DNA of 64,000 nt from Syntrophales bacterium (GTDB lineage Bacteria; Desulfobacterota; Syntrophia; Syntrophales; UBA8958). The notes under the pieces were generated by a model. It was not told the origin of the DNA, ran no database searches, and was given only the letters and a program-made list of their open reading frames with translations. This document shows positions 37,334-47,834 of this stretch, piece by piece. The translations under genes were made by a program, and so were the position numbers. The DNA is taken from assembly GCA_026417625.1 (NCBI GenBank), contig JAOACW010000007.1, positions 19,658-83,657 on the forward strand, read 5' to 3'. Within the stretch, counting starts at the first letter, position 1, and every line of letters begins with the position of its first letter.

Positions 37334-38065
37334 CTAAACAGACACTGTCTCCCGAAGATGTAATAGGTGTGATCGCAATCTTATGATTGCCTGTGAATGG
37401 ATTTGACAGACCCGTGATTCTGTAATTTTAAGAACAGCTCCTATTTCTTTCATCGTCATCTCTTCATAATAATACAAAGACAAAACAATCCTCTCTTTCT
37501 CAGGCAGACTATCAATAGCATTTTTCAACAATCTCCTGAGTTCCTCAGACTCAAGCAGATCAAGAGGATTCTCCCTGTCGAGATAGTTGAGCCACTCTTC
37601 ATCAACGTGAAAATCAATGTAATCAGAAGACAAATCCTCAGCACTTAAAAGAGTCACTAACTTTGCCTCATCCAGCAACTCATAATACTCCTCAATTGAT
37701 AAACCAAGATGAACAGAAATCTCCTCTTCTGTAGGTTCCCTTTTCAGTGTTTGTCTTAGGTGATTGATAGCTTTTTCAACCTTTTGCTCTTTATGTCTAA
37801 CAGACCGAGGTATCCAATCGTTTGCCCTAAGCTCATCTAGCACCGCACCTCGAATACGAAACTTTGCAAAAACATCGAAAGGAACATTCTTGGATTCATC
37901 AAATTTATCTAAAGCAGACATAAGACCAATTATCCCAGCATTAACAAGAGATTCCTTATCTGCGAGGTCCATAGGCAATCTCGCAGTCATCCTGTTCACT
38001 ATGGTTTTAACCATAGGTGCATACTGAAGTATGAGTTTTTCCCTCGTCTGTTTATCGATACTCAT
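37334..38065 (-). CDS. fliA: flagellar sigma factor FliA (sigma28)
   Basis: Region 2 motif LVNAGIIGLMSALDKFD and region 4 motif EMTMKEIGAVLKITESRVCQIHSQAI. Confidence 0.95.
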   Translation of the reverse strand: MSIDKQTREKLILQYAPMVKTIVNRMTARLPMDLADKESLVNAGIIGLMSALDKFDESKNVPFDVFAKFRIRGAVLDELRANDWIPRSVRHKEQKVEKAINHLRQTLKREPTEEEISVHLGLSIEEYYELLDEAKLVTLLSAEDLSSDYIDFHVDEEWLNYLDRENPLDLLESEELRRLLKNAIDSLPEKERIVLSLYYYEEMTMKEIGAVLKITESRVCQIHSQAIIRLRSHLLHLRETVSV

Positions 38066-38939
38066 GTCCTACAAAAGCTTCATTGAAGAAGGAGAGAAGC
38101 CCTTCGTCATCATACTCCACCGTCTCAGTACATATTTTTTCAGCAATCTCCTGCAAACACCTGCTTGCCGGCGAATGGGGAAAGATTTCCACAAGTGCTT
38201 TCTGTCTCTTAACAGCTTCTTTGAAGTTATCGTCAACAACTATATACCCAAGAAAATCCACATGAACGCTGAGAAAATGATCGGTTACTTTCTGTAAGCG
38301 TTTGAAGACGTCTTTGGCTTCCGCAACGTTCCTAACCATGTTTATAATAATCCTGAACTTCTTCCTTGAGTAGTTTTGATACATAACTTTCATAAGTGCG
38401 TAGGCATCAGTAAGCGAGGCGGGTTCAGGAGTTGCAACAACTATAATCTCTTTTGCTGTCATGTTAAAATATGTAACATTACCTGATATACCCGCAGCCG
38501 TATCGATAAGTAGAAAATCAGGGCGCTCACGCATAGCATTCAACTCATCGATCAGGGCAAGTTTATAGCCACTGGACAAATCAGCCATCTCTGCGATACC
38601 TGATGAGGCGGGCAGTATCATCAGTCTACCTGGTCCCCGGATAAGAATTTCCTCGATGGTTTTCTCCCCTCTTAGGAGGTGGAAAAGATTGTATTTAGGC
38701 GTCAAACCTAAAATTATATCAATATTGGCAAGTCCCATATCCGCATCAAGTATCATTACTTTACGGTTTAACCGATCAAGAACATATGCAAGATTTGCAG
38801 TAATATTGGTCTTTCCCACTCCTCCTTTTCCACTCGTAATGGCGATTACTCTTATAGGTTTCCTTCTAATCTCCGTCCTTTTTTTCTTATGCTCGCCTTT
38901 ACCGTCTACTACGTTCCTAAATGATGTTGACTGGTCCAC
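38052..38939 (-). CDS. flhG: MinD/ParA-type flagellar number regulator FlhG (FleN/YlxH)
   Basis: Deviant Walker A ITSGKGGVGKT, ILDADMGLANI, and a C-terminal amphipathic GLLSFFNEAF. Confidence 0.9.
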   Translation of the reverse strand: MDQSTSFRNVVDGKGEHKKKRTEIRRKPIRVIAITSGKGGVGKTNITANLAYVLDRLNRKVMILDADMGLANIDIILGLTPKYNLFHLLRGEKTIEEILIRGPGRLMILPASSGIAEMADLSSGYKLALIDELNAMRERPDFLLIDTAAGISGNVTYFNMTAKEIIVVATPEPASLTDAYALMKVMYQNYSRKKFRIIINMVRNVAEAKDVFKRLQKVTDHFLSVHVDFLGYIVVDDNFKEAVKRQKALVEIFPHSPASRCLQEIAEKICTETVEYDDEGLLSFFNEAFVGHEYR

Positions 38940-38953
38940 AGTAGCTAACTCCT

Positions 38954-40107
38954 TCAGTGAATGTGATTTCGGGTAATCAATCGGGCAACAAACTCCGAAG
39001 ACACCCTGTGGATATCCTGAGGTACGTTCTGGCCGTTTGTTATGTACTCAATAGGTTTTCTTACTCTCTCAATAACATCCAAAAGAGAACCGAAACGCTG
39101 ACACTCATCCACTTTGGTAAATATTAGGTGATCGTAATCCAGCAGACTAAAATTACTCGATACTCTCATGAGGTGTTCCCTATCCGAGGTAGCACTCAGA
39201 AGGAGATACACGTTTACAGAGTTACACGCCTTTAACATCTCGCGAAGGCGATTCAGATATGAAGAATCATGGGATGGTCTCCCCGCGGTATCCACCAGAA
39301 TCACATCTTTATCTGCAAAGTCTTCAAGAGACTTTTTTAACCCCTTTACATCCTCAACTATACGGATAGGCACGCCTAAAATCTTCGCATAAATCTTTAG
39401 TTGTTCCCCAGCAGCTATTCGATAGGTATCCGTTGAGATCAGTGCTGTTTTCTTTCCTTCGTCAATGTGAAAGCGTGCAGCAAGCTTGGCACTGTCGTTG
39501 TCTTACCCACACCAGGTGGCCCAACAAAAACCTTTATCCTTTCTGTTTTCTTAACCGGTTCTTTTACAACTACACCTTCGACCACTCGTTCTACGATACG
39601 CAATATATCGTCCATATTTTTTGCTCCACTGAATGAAGGATCACTTTGGGCCTGACAAATAATCCGAATAGCCTGCGGTTTTGAAATACCATTTCTCAAC
39701 AAAACACGGAAAACGCTTCCCAACAGATCATTATCGTAAAAAGGGTGCATTACATTAAAAAACTCGAACAGTGCATCAATCCTATCACGGAGATCATGTA
39801 GATCCCTGCGAACGTCCCATCTGTTTTCTAAACGGAAAAGTGCCTCTTTCAACTCCGTTATATCGTCTTCCAAACCATCAAGACGTCTTGCAAATTTCTT
39901 TTTGTCGGTGACTTCTAAGTACCCATTATCGGGCATGGCAATTTTTGAATCTTTCTCATAATCCACGGCTGCAATTACTTCTATAATCCGAGGATTGGTG
40001 CCCTTTAACGTTTTAGTAGAGATAATGATAGCCTCAGGCCCAAGCTCCTTTTTTATCATGTTAAGTGCTTCCTGAATGCTCGTCACTTCGTACCGCTTGA
40101 CCTTCAT
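38954..40107 (-). pseudogene. flhF: SRP-type GTPase FlhF interrupted by a 1-nt deletion just after the P-loop (fragments 39439-40107 and 38954-~39497)
   Basis: Frame 1 reads ...FVGPPGVGKTTTVPSLLHAFTLTKERKQH*. The -1 frame reads AKLAARFHIDEGKKTALISTDTYRIAAGEQLKIYAKILGVPIRIV...LVDTAGR...FTKVDE. Confidence 0.85.
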
Positions 40108-40108
40108 T

Positions 40109-42184
40109 CTACAACTCCACCAAACCGAAAGAATTCACGTTTGCTTCCCTTGAGATCTCGTTGTGAGCTAAAACTACAAAGTTGGGATAAAACCGCTCTA
40201 GAAGTTTCCTAAATTGCCCCCGTATGTGAGGTGAACACAGCAACACAGGATGTTGCCCTTTGGACATAAAAACTGCAGCCACATCTTTCAGCTGTTGCAT
40301 AATTCGGTTCACTATCTTGGGATCTAAATTAACAAATGACTCATATTCGGTATGTTGTATGGACTGCTGGATGACTTCCTCCAAGTCCGGTGAAAGCATA
40401 ACTACATTTACGTTACCTTCAGAATCCATGTGCTGCCTTGTTATAAACCTTGAAAGCCCCTGCCTTACATATCCTGTTAGGATATCGATATTTTTTGTCA
40501 AAGGAACATAATCGGCCAAAATTTCTATGATCGTCATAAGATCACGGATAGGTACTCTTTCTTTAAGAAGCCGTTGTAGAACCTTCTGGAGGATGTTTAA
40601 TGGGACAACGTTCGGCACAAGATCGTCAACAACCTTTCCATATGTCCGAGAAAGATTATCCAACAAGGAATACACTTCTTTTCGTGTCACGAGCTCTTCA
40701 ATATTGTTTTTTATCACCTCACTCAGATGAGTAATGAGAACCGTTGCTGGATCAACAACTACCGCCCCCATAGATTGAGCACGTTCTTTTTCCCTTTCCG
40801 GTACCCAGAAGGCCGGAAGACCAAATGCTGGTTCTCTCGTTGGAACACCCGGCACTGTCTTTTCCTTAAAACCCTCAGGAACTATAGCCAAGAAATATCC
40901 TGGCATTAGCTCACCACGCGCAACTTCTGTACCTTTAAGGTATATGGCGTATTCATTTGGGTTTAACTGAAGATCATCCCTTATATGAATGGCGGGGATA
41001 ACAAAACCGAGTTCCTGTGCAAGCTGTCTTCTCAAAGCCTTTATTCTCCCCAGTAGTTCACCACCCTGGGCGGTATCCACCAAATAAATCAAACCATAAC
41101 CGACCTCCAGACCCAAAGGATCAGGTGGTGAGAGGGCATCTAAAGCTGTTTCAACAGGAGATGGTGCCGATTCCTGCTTGATCTCTTCCGCTGGTTTCCT
41201 TGACGTTAGGGTATACGCAATAGTAGCAGCAAGCATCGCCACTGCTATAAACGCCACTTTTGGCATACCGGGAACTAAAGCAAAAATAAATACAAAAAAT
41301 GCGGATAGAGCGAATATCTTCGGGTTGGAAAAAATCTGATCCTTTATTTCGTTACTGAGCTCCGCTGCCGCCGAACTGCGAGTCACTAGAATACCAGCTG
41401 AAGTTGAAATGATGAGAGCCGGAATCTGAGTGACCAAACCATCTCCAATGGTCAGGATTGTGTATGTATGAGCAGCATCCGCAATGGTCATGCCTTTTTG
41501 GAGTACACCAATGATAAGACCACCGACAATATTCACCAGAACAATTATAATACCCGCTATTGCATCACCCCGCACAAATTTACTCGCACCGTCCATAGCA
41601 CCATAGAAGTTGGCCTCCAGCTCAATGTCCCGTCTACGTTTTCTTGCCTCTTCCTCGTTAATTAACCCCGCATTAAGGTCAGCATCAATACTCATCTGTT
41701 TACCAGGCATAGAATCGAGGGTGAACCTAGCTGCAACCTCGGCGATTCGAGTGGCGCCTTTCGTTATGACAACAAAGTTTATGAGAACAAGAACAGCGAA
41801 AACTATAAAACCGATAACGTAATTGCCTCCAACCACAAACGTTCCAAAAGCCTTTATAACTTGACCTGCAGCATCCGTTCCCTGATTACCGTTCAACAAG
41901 ATGAGTCGAGTAGAAGCCACATTAAGGGAAAGTCTTGCCAGAGTTGCAATGAGGAGAATAGAAGGAAAAACAGAGAAATCAAGAGGTTTCAACACCGACA
42001 TGGTCATTAGAAGAATAGCTATGGACACCGCAATGTTCGTAGACAGAAGAAGATCGAGAACGAGGGGAGGTATTGGAACAATCATAACCGTCAGAATACC
42101 GACAACCCCCAAAGCCAGTGCAAAACTGCTACTCCGGAAAATATCTGATAAAAGATTTTCACTGTTAGTGTAAATATTTGCCAT
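40109..42184 (-). CDS. flhA: flagellar export gate protein FlhA
   Basis: 691 aa, with conserved ARFTLDSMPGKQMSIDADL and FVRGDAIAGIII. Confidence 0.97.
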   Translation of the reverse strand: MANIYTNSENLLSDIFRSSSFALALGVVGILTVMIVPIPPLVLDLLLSTNIAVSIAILLMTMSVLKPLDFSVFPSILLIATLARLSLNVASTRLILLNGNQGTDAAGQVIKAFGTFVVGGNYVIGFIVFAVLVLINFVVITKGATRIAEVAARFTLDSMPGKQMSIDADLNAGLINEEEARKRRRDIELEANFYGAMDGASKFVRGDAIAGIIIVLVNIVGGLIIGVLQKGMTIADAAHTYTILTIGDGLVTQIPALIISTSAGILVTRSSAAAELSNEIKDQIFSNPKIFALSAFFVFIFALVPGMPKVAFIAVAMLAATIAYTLTSRKPAEEIKQESAPSPVETALDALSPPDPLGLEVGYGLIYLVDTAQGGELLGRIKALRRQLAQELGFVIPAIHIRDDLQLNPNEYAIYLKGTEVARGELMPGYFLAIVPEGFKEKTVPGVPTREPAFGLPAFWVPEREKERAQSMGAVVVDPATVLITHLSEVIKNNIEELVTRKEVYSLLDNLSRTYGKVVDDLVPNVVPLNILQKVLQRLLKERVPIRDLMTIIEILADYVPLTKNIDILTGYVRQGLSRFITRQHMDSEGNVNVVMLSPDLEEVIQQSIQHTEYESFVNLDPKIVNRIMQQLKDVAAVFMSKGQHPVLLCSPHIRGQFRKLLERFYPNFVVLAHNEISREANVNSFGLVEL

Positions 42185-42186
42185 AA

Positions 42187-43257
42187 TTACAGCGTCCTAT
42201 TCTTCAAACGATAAACGTAAGCCAGTATTTCTGCTACAGCCTTATAAAGATTCTCCGGAATGACTTCACCAACGTCCACCAGTCTATACAATACCTGTGC
42301 CACAACTCTATCTTCAACAATGGGAACATCATACTCCTTGGCAATCTCTTTGATTCGTTCCGCCAAGTAGCCTGCCCCTTTCGCAACCACTACAGGAGCA
42401 AGTGTCATTTCAGGATCATACTTCAAGGCTACGGCCACATGCGTAGGATTCGTTATGACGACATCCGCTTTCGGCACAGCTGCCATCATCCTTCGCCGCG
42501 TTATCTCAAGTTGCATACGCTTTATCCTGCTCTTGACATGAGGATCTCCTTCTGTCTGTTTATACTCCTCCCTTACCTCTTGCTTTGTCATCATCAGATT
42601 TTTCTCAAACTCCCACCTTTGATAGGAGTAATCCAGGATCGCCAGAACAACGAGCAGAAAGCACACATTACCAAGAATGCGATAGGCATTTTCTCCAATG
42701 AAACGCGTAATTTGCCAGACACCCTTATTCATCAAAGGTAGAAAATTTCCCATCTCAGAACGGATTGTGAGATAAGCAACGAGAGCAATTACCACAATTT
42801 TCAAAGACCCTTTAGCGAGTTCAATCAATGATCTAAACCCAAAAAGCTGTCTTATTCCCCTTAAGGGGTTGATTTTGGAAAGATCTGGTATGAGAAGCAC
42901 AGGGGAAAACAAGAAGCCCACCTGGATAAGGTTCACAATGAGTGCCACCAGAACCACAACAGCAAGAATGGGAAATACCAGGACAATAAACTGATACGAC
43001 AAATCCATAAAAAGAGAAGTTACATTCTGGACGTTTATCTCCGTACGAGTTGAGTCCGTTAAAAGTCTGACTGTCAACTTCATAAGTTTTCGCGTTACCT
43101 CTTGAGCTTGAAAGTAAAAATAAACAAGCGCAGCACCCAGAATAGCAACTGAGGAAAGTTCCCTGCTTCGTGAAACTTGTCCCTTCTTATGAGCTTCTTC
43201 TCTTCGCTTTGGTGTTGCCTTTTCAGTTCGTTCCTGTCCCTGATCTCGTTCAGGCAT
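42187..43257 (-). CDS. flhB: flagellar export switch protein FlhB
   Basis: TEKATPKRREEAHKKGQV and the autocleavage site VVITNPTHVAVAL. Confidence 0.95.
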   Translation of the reverse strand: MPERDQGQERTEKATPKRREEAHKKGQVSRSRELSSVAILGAALVYFYFQAQEVTRKLMKLTVRLLTDSTRTEINVQNVTSLFMDLSYQFIVLVFPILAVVVLVALIVNLIQVGFLFSPVLLIPDLSKINPLRGIRQLFGFRSLIELAKGSLKIVVIALVAYLTIRSEMGNFLPLMNKGVWQITRFIGENAYRILGNVCFLLVVLAILDYSYQRWEFEKNLMMTKQEVREEYKQTEGDPHVKSRIKRMQLEITRRRMMAAVPKADVVITNPTHVAVALKYDPEMTLAPVVVAKGAGYLAERIKEIAKEYDVPIVEDRVVAQVLYRLVDVGEVIPENLYKAVAEILAYVYRLKNRTL

Positions 43258-43294
43258 GACACCCTATCCGTTTCATGACATTGCGTCAAATTAT

Positions 43295-44074
43295 TTACAT
43301 AATCTTGAGTAGGTTTAAGATTTCATAATCCAGCTTCGAAAATAAATGGGAGACGAAATCAACAAAAACAGAGGCACTTAGTCCCAAAACTAGCAAAGCA
43401 GAAACAACGTGGAGGGGATAACCAACAATAAATACATTTATTTGAGGTACTGTCCTCGCGATAACTGCCAGTGATATATTTATCAGCACCATCACAGAAA
43501 GAACCGGTGCACTCAGTTTCACAGCAACAACCAGGACATTTTTTGTATATAAAAGTAAATTGTTAAGAAGAAGAGGGGATAGATCCAAACCAAAGAAGGG
43601 TATGTAACGAAAACTTTCCGCAAGCCCAAACAGAAAAATGTGATGAGCATCAACTATTAGAAACACAAAAGCACCCATAAGATACAGGAACTCTGAGACC
43701 ACAGTAATCTGCACATTGCTCAGGGGATCTAAGATATTAGACATATTGAAACCAATCTGAACTCCTATAATTTCCCCTGCAGATTGAATGGCTCCAAACA
43801 AACATCTCGCTGTAAATCCTAAGATTAAACCAATTATAATTTCGGTAGCCAGACCTATGGTAACATTCACTATGTTGGAAAAATAAGAGGGTGGCAATTT
43901 AACCGACAATGTGGGAAAAATGACAACAGCGATCAAAAAACTCGTTGCCGCTTTAACACGAAAGGGAACAGCACGATCTCCGAAAATGGGAATCGCCATT
44001 AGAATAAAGGTCGTCCTAAAAAAAACAAGCACAAAAAGGCCAATTTGTTCCTGCGAGAATAACGGAAAGTTCAT
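43295..44074 (-). CDS. fliR: flagellar export apparatus protein FliR
   Basis: Polytopic membrane protein in the position between fliQ and flhB. Confidence 0.9.
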   Translation of the reverse strand: MNFPLFSQEQIGLFVLVFFRTTFILMAIPIFGDRAVPFRVKAATSFLIAVVIFPTLSVKLPPSYFSNIVNVTIGLATEIIIGLILGFTARCLFGAIQSAGEIIGVQIGFNMSNILDPLSNVQITVVSEFLYLMGAFVFLIVDAHHIFLFGLAESFRYIPFFGLDLSPLLLNNLLLYTKNVLVVAVKLSAPVLSVMVLINISLAVIARTVPQINVFIVGYPLHVVSALLVLGLSASVFVDFVSHLFSKLDYEILNLLKIM

Positions 44075-44113
44075 ATTCTGTTCTTACCTAGACAGAAAAT
44101 GCCATTTAACCAA

Positions 44114-44383
44114 TCAACGTATGTACATTGGTATGTTTTGAAAGAGTCTCGTTGTGAATGTGATTATTAGTTCCAATATCCACGGTAGTGCTGCAACGAG
44201 AGCTATCATACAAGCTACAATCTTAGGCACGAAAACTAGTGTTACTTCTTGAACCTGTGTTACGGCCTGGAGCAAACTGATAAAAACACCCACAACGAGT
44301 CCCACTATAAGTACAGGTGCTGCAGCGAAAAGTGTTATTCTTATTGTCTCTGCCATGATACCAATCACTAAATCTGAACTCAT
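44114..44383 (-). CDS. fliQ: flagellar export apparatus protein FliQ
   Basis: 89 aa with two TM segments; LLQAVTQVQEVTLVFVPK. Confidence 0.9.
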   Translation of the reverse strand: MSSDLVIGIMAETIRITLFAAAPVLIVGLVVGVFISLLQAVTQVQEVTLVFVPKIVACMIALVAALPWILELIITFTTRLFQNIPMYIR

Positions 44384-44402
44384 CTAACTCTCCCTTCAGC
44401 GA

Positions 44403-45176
44403 CTAATGAAAACTACTAACAAGCGATCCCACGACGAGGTTCCAACCGTCAACGAGGACAAAAAGTAAAAGCTTGAAAGGCAGGCTGAGCATGATAGGTG
44501 GCAGCATCATCATACCCATGGATAGAAGAATGCTAGCAACAAACATATCAATGATGAAGAAAGGAAGGTATATGAGAAAACCTATCTGAAAAGCTGTTTT
44601 GAGCTCACTTATAACAAATGCAGGTATTATAACGTTTAAAGGTAAATCTTCTGGCTTAGATGGTCTTTTCTCCTGAGCAATGCGCACGAATAGAGCCAGA
44701 TCCTTTTCCCTCGTCTGTTTCAGCATAAAGGATTTGATAGGTGGTGTTGCTTTGCTCATTGCCTCCTGGCCCGTTATCTCTTCATTAAAATAGGGCCGTA
44801 ACGCATCATTATAAACCTGGTTCCAGACAGGGGTCATAATAAAAAGGGTGAGAAAGAGGGAAAGCCCAATAATGATTTGATTGGGGGGTATCTGCTGGGT
44901 TCCAAGGGCATGACGCAAAAGTGAAAGAACCACCACTATTCGCGTAAATGAGGTTAACAGAAGCAAAATGGCTGGCGCAAGCGAAAGAACGGTAAGTACA
45001 AATATAAGCTGCAGCGCTGTTAATGCTCTTGAGGGCGAATCCACCGCTCCACCAATACTCAAACTCACATTGGGAATTGGCAGCGGTTCGGCATATCCCT
45101 GCGTTAAAGTAAACAGAAGAATAACGCACATCAGGGAAACAGAAAAAGTATATTTTCTTATCGAACAGATCATCAT
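44403..45176 (-). CDS. fliP: flagellar export apparatus protein FliP
   Basis: TSFTRIVVVLSLLRHALGTQQIPPNQIIIGLSLFLT and FVISELKTAFQIGF. Confidence 0.95.
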   Translation of the reverse strand: MMICSIRKYTFSVSLMCVILLFTLTQGYAEPLPIPNVSLSIGGAVDSPSRALTALQLIFVLTVLSLAPAILLLLTSFTRIVVVLSLLRHALGTQQIPPNQIIIGLSLFLTLFIMTPVWNQVYNDALRPYFNEEITGQEAMSKATPPIKSFMLKQTREKDLALFVRIAQEKRPSKPEDLPLNVIIPAFVISELKTAFQIGFLIYLPFFIIDMFVASILLSMGMMMLPPIMLSLPFKLLLFVLVDGWNLVVGSLVSSFH

Positions 45177-45568
45177 TGACCAACTAACCTTCTTCTCAGA
45201 TCACTAATCCACAACTGAAAGCTGAAAGAACTGAGTTTTGGGGTTTTAGATGCATACTGGGTTTCGTAATTCTTCGCCTGTTTCAATTTAGAAATTGTCT
45301 CGCTATCGGTAATCTCGTCAATCAATGTAATGTTATTACCCGACACTCCCAAAACATATATTCTGTTGAAAACGTCAACGACCATAATTGCCGTCTTAGG
45401 ATCCAGATACCTCACTGTAATAACATTTATACTCCCTCCAGGCGCAAACCCCATTTGTCCCTGCTTGCCCAACTTCCTCAACAGGTAAACCGCACCAAGC
45501 ATAATTCCCAGAACGAGGGAAAGGGCAAACAGCATCTTTAAAAAAGAAATGATGTAGTAAGAATCCAT
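45173..45568 (-). CDS. fliO: FliO-like protein
   Basis: Single N-terminal TM segment, positioned between fliN and fliP with a 4-nt overlap. Confidence 0.6.
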   Translation of the reverse strand: MDSYYIISFLKMLFALSLVLGIMLGAVYLLRKLGKQGQMGFAPGGSINVITVRYLDPKTAIMVVDVFNRIYVLGVSGNNITLIDEITDSETISKLKQAKNYETQYASKTPKLSSFSFQLWISDLRRRLVGQ

Positions 45569-45577
45569 AGTCCACTC

Positions 45578-46021
45578 TCACCCCAGCTTTGTGACACGCT
45601 CCGTGGGAGAAATTATGTCTGTCAATCGGACACCAAACTTTTCATTGACAACAACCACTTCTCCCCGTGCTATTAGGCGGTTGTTAACATAGATATCCAT
45701 TGGTTCCCCCGCTAGCTTTGTAAGTTCAATAACTGACCCTTGACCTAACTGGAGGAGTTCACTTATCAGAATCCTCGTGCGGCCCAGCTCCACAGTCAAA
45801 TTTAAGGGAATATCTAGTATGAATTTCAGATCCAGGTTCCCCTTAACTGTTTCATCCTTTGCCATCTCTTCAAAAACTACGGGTTTAACTTCCACTTGTG
45901 AGGTAGTTTTCGACTGATTGAGCTCTTCCTGAACATCATCCCACGTTAACGCATCTTCTTTCTTTTTTTTATCCTCCTGTTCCATCTCCCTTAAAAGGGC
46001 ATCGATTTCACTTTGGTCCAT
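45578..46021 (-). CDS. fliN: C-ring protein FliN
   Basis: SpoA domain: ILDIPLNLTVELGRTRILISELLQLGQGSVIELTKLAGEPMDIYVNNRLIARGEVVVVNEKFGVRLTDI. Confidence 0.9.
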   Translation of the reverse strand: MDQSEIDALLREMEQEDKKKKEDALTWDDVQEELNQSKTTSQVEVKPVVFEEMAKDETVKGNLDLKFILDIPLNLTVELGRTRILISELLQLGQGSVIELTKLAGEPMDIYVNNRLIARGEVVVVNEKFGVRLTDIISPTERVTKLG

Positions 46022-46024
46022 CGT

Positions 46025-47005
46025 TCACACCTCTTCTGTTGAAATAATCTGCTTTATGCAAACGGCCTGATTTCCTTTGTAGACACCCGCAAATCCTAAA
46101 AATTTTTTTACACCTTCCACATATATCACGAGAGGATCTGAGGCGGATTGATCAAGCTGTATTACATCGCCTTTTTGAAGTTGTACTACATCTCCAGCAT
46201 TAATCTGAGTGGAGCCCAGCTCGACGATCAACTCCACCTCCGTACGCATGAGGTGCTTCTTGAAGCGCTCCATTATGCTGTTATCAACTTCAAGATGCTC
46301 ACTTTGAAGCCCGGAATGAAGTTTCTCCTTTATCGGTTCCAGTGCAGCGTACGGAATACACAGAGTCATGATCCCGGTTGAATACTCAACCTCTATTTCA
46401 AAATTGATAACTATTACTAGATCCGTGCGAGAGGCTATTTGGGCAAACTGAGGATTCATTTCGGAGTGCTGGTAGGTGAATGAAACATCCGCCAAGTTTT
46501 TCCATGTCTTTTCCATATCGGATAGGGCACTGATTACAACCCGCCTAATGATGTTATTTTCTATCGCCGTGAATTCCCTGCCCTCCACACGGTAGGTGTT
46601 CCTTCCGTCCCCACCAAAAAGAATATCAATCAACATAAAGATAAGCTTAGCTTCCACAACAAACAAGCCCGTTGCCCTGAAAGGCTCCATACGGAATAGA
46701 TGAAGACTTGTGGGAACTGGTAAGGTTTTTAGGAATTCACCAAATTTCATTACCTCGATGGATATGGTCCCAACACTCGCCACCTTTCTCAATAACGAAG
46801 ATAAAGTAGTTCTAAATTGGCGGGCAAATTTATCATTAACCATCTCCAAAGTAGGCATTCGCCCACGGATGATCCTGTCTTGACTCGTAAGGTCGTAGGG
46901 TATAACCCCTGATTGCTCAGGGATTTCCACCTCGGTTTCAATTTCACCATCCGTTATCCCTCTAAGTAGGGCGTCAACCTCTTCCTGCGTAAGTATCTTA
47001 CTCAT
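46025..47005 (-). CDS. fliM: C-ring switch protein FliM
   Basis: N-terminal CheY-P binding motif LTQEEVDALL, plus the FliM middle and C-terminal domains. Confidence 0.9.
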   Translation of the reverse strand: MSKILTQEEVDALLRGITDGEIETEVEIPEQSGVIPYDLTSQDRIIRGRMPTLEMVNDKFARQFRTTLSSLLRKVASVGTISIEVMKFGEFLKTLPVPTSLHLFRMEPFRATGLFVVEAKLIFMLIDILFGGDGRNTYRVEGREFTAIENNIIRRVVISALSDMEKTWKNLADVSFTYQHSEMNPQFAQIASRTDLVIVINFEIEVEYSTGIMTLCIPYAALEPIKEKLHSGLQSEHLEVDNSIMERFKKHLMRTEVELIVELGSTQINAGDVVQLQKGDVIQLDQSASDPLVIYVEGVKKFLGFAGVYKGNQAVCIKQIISTEEV

Positions 47006-47032
47006 CGAAGCAACCGGGCTTGATTTTTTTGT

Positions 47033-47530
47033 TCATTGAACTATAAACTCTGTAAAATAAACCCTGGAGACTTTGGTCGTTGTAAGAAAGCTGTTAATAC
47101 GCAGTGTGATTTCCTCTTTTAATCTCTGCTTGCCTGTTACATCCATTAGTTCACGATACGTTTTTGCAGATAGAAGATCCAAAATGTTATCCCTCAGTTT
47201 AGGTTTTAGCAGGTTCAATTCCTTAACACCCTCTGGATCAGAAACTTCAAGCTGCAGAACCAACTTGAGATAACGATCCCCGTTTGTATCTTGAAGATTA
47301 ACAATGAAGGGCTCCATAGGCCAAACTGTTCCGATAACCGGCTGAACTGCAGCTTTCTTCGGCTGTAAGTAAACGTTGATGTAGAAGTACGCCGCACTCG
47401 CTACACCACCTATAAGGAGCAGCACACCCAAACCAATAATTACCCATTTTACAAAAGGGGGTTTCGTCTTCATTTTTTTTTGCTGTTCCTTATCTACTGA
47501 ATCATCCATTACTTCCCTAGCCATTACCAT
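47033..47530 (-). CDS. fliL: basal-body-associated protein FliL
   Basis: Single TM segment; FIVNLQDTNGDRYLKLVLQLEV...VYFTEFIVQ. The better SD spacing favours ATG 47524 as the start. Confidence 0.85.
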   Translation of the reverse strand: MVMAREVMDDSVDKEQQKKMKTKPPFVKWVIIGLGVLLLIGGVASAAYFYINVYLQPKKAAVQPVIGTVWPMEPFIVNLQDTNGDRYLKLVLQLEVSDPEGVKELNLLKPKLRDNILDLLSAKTYRELMDVTGKQRLKEEITLRINSFLTTTKVSRVYFTEFIVQ

Positions 47531-47699
47531 CCTCCATAATTATGAGAGTAAAACAAATCTTCTGTACTACGTTTCTAAATCAGCCACTCCACCACGATAT
47601 AAAATCAACAAAACTAAACAAAAATTAACTAACACCAGAGATAACGAAACAACATGAAAGAAACGGCCTTCTACTTTACCTCGATGTTTAATCTCCAAA

Positions 47700-47715
47700 A
47701 GCAAGTTGTATACCA
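47700..47715 (-). promoter_or_regulatory. sigma54 promoter of the fliL...fliA operon, TGGTATACAACTTGCT
   Basis: GG-N10-GC is exact. It lies about 170 nt upstream of fliL, giving a long leader. Confidence 0.6.
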
Positions 47716-47834
47716 TAGATACTGAAACAGATAACTAACCGTAATAGAAGTGATTTTTCTTAGGAACACACAGACACTAACAATTTGAATGCGATTTTAG
47801 ACTAACGTGGGCGTCAGCAATTTGACAAAATATC

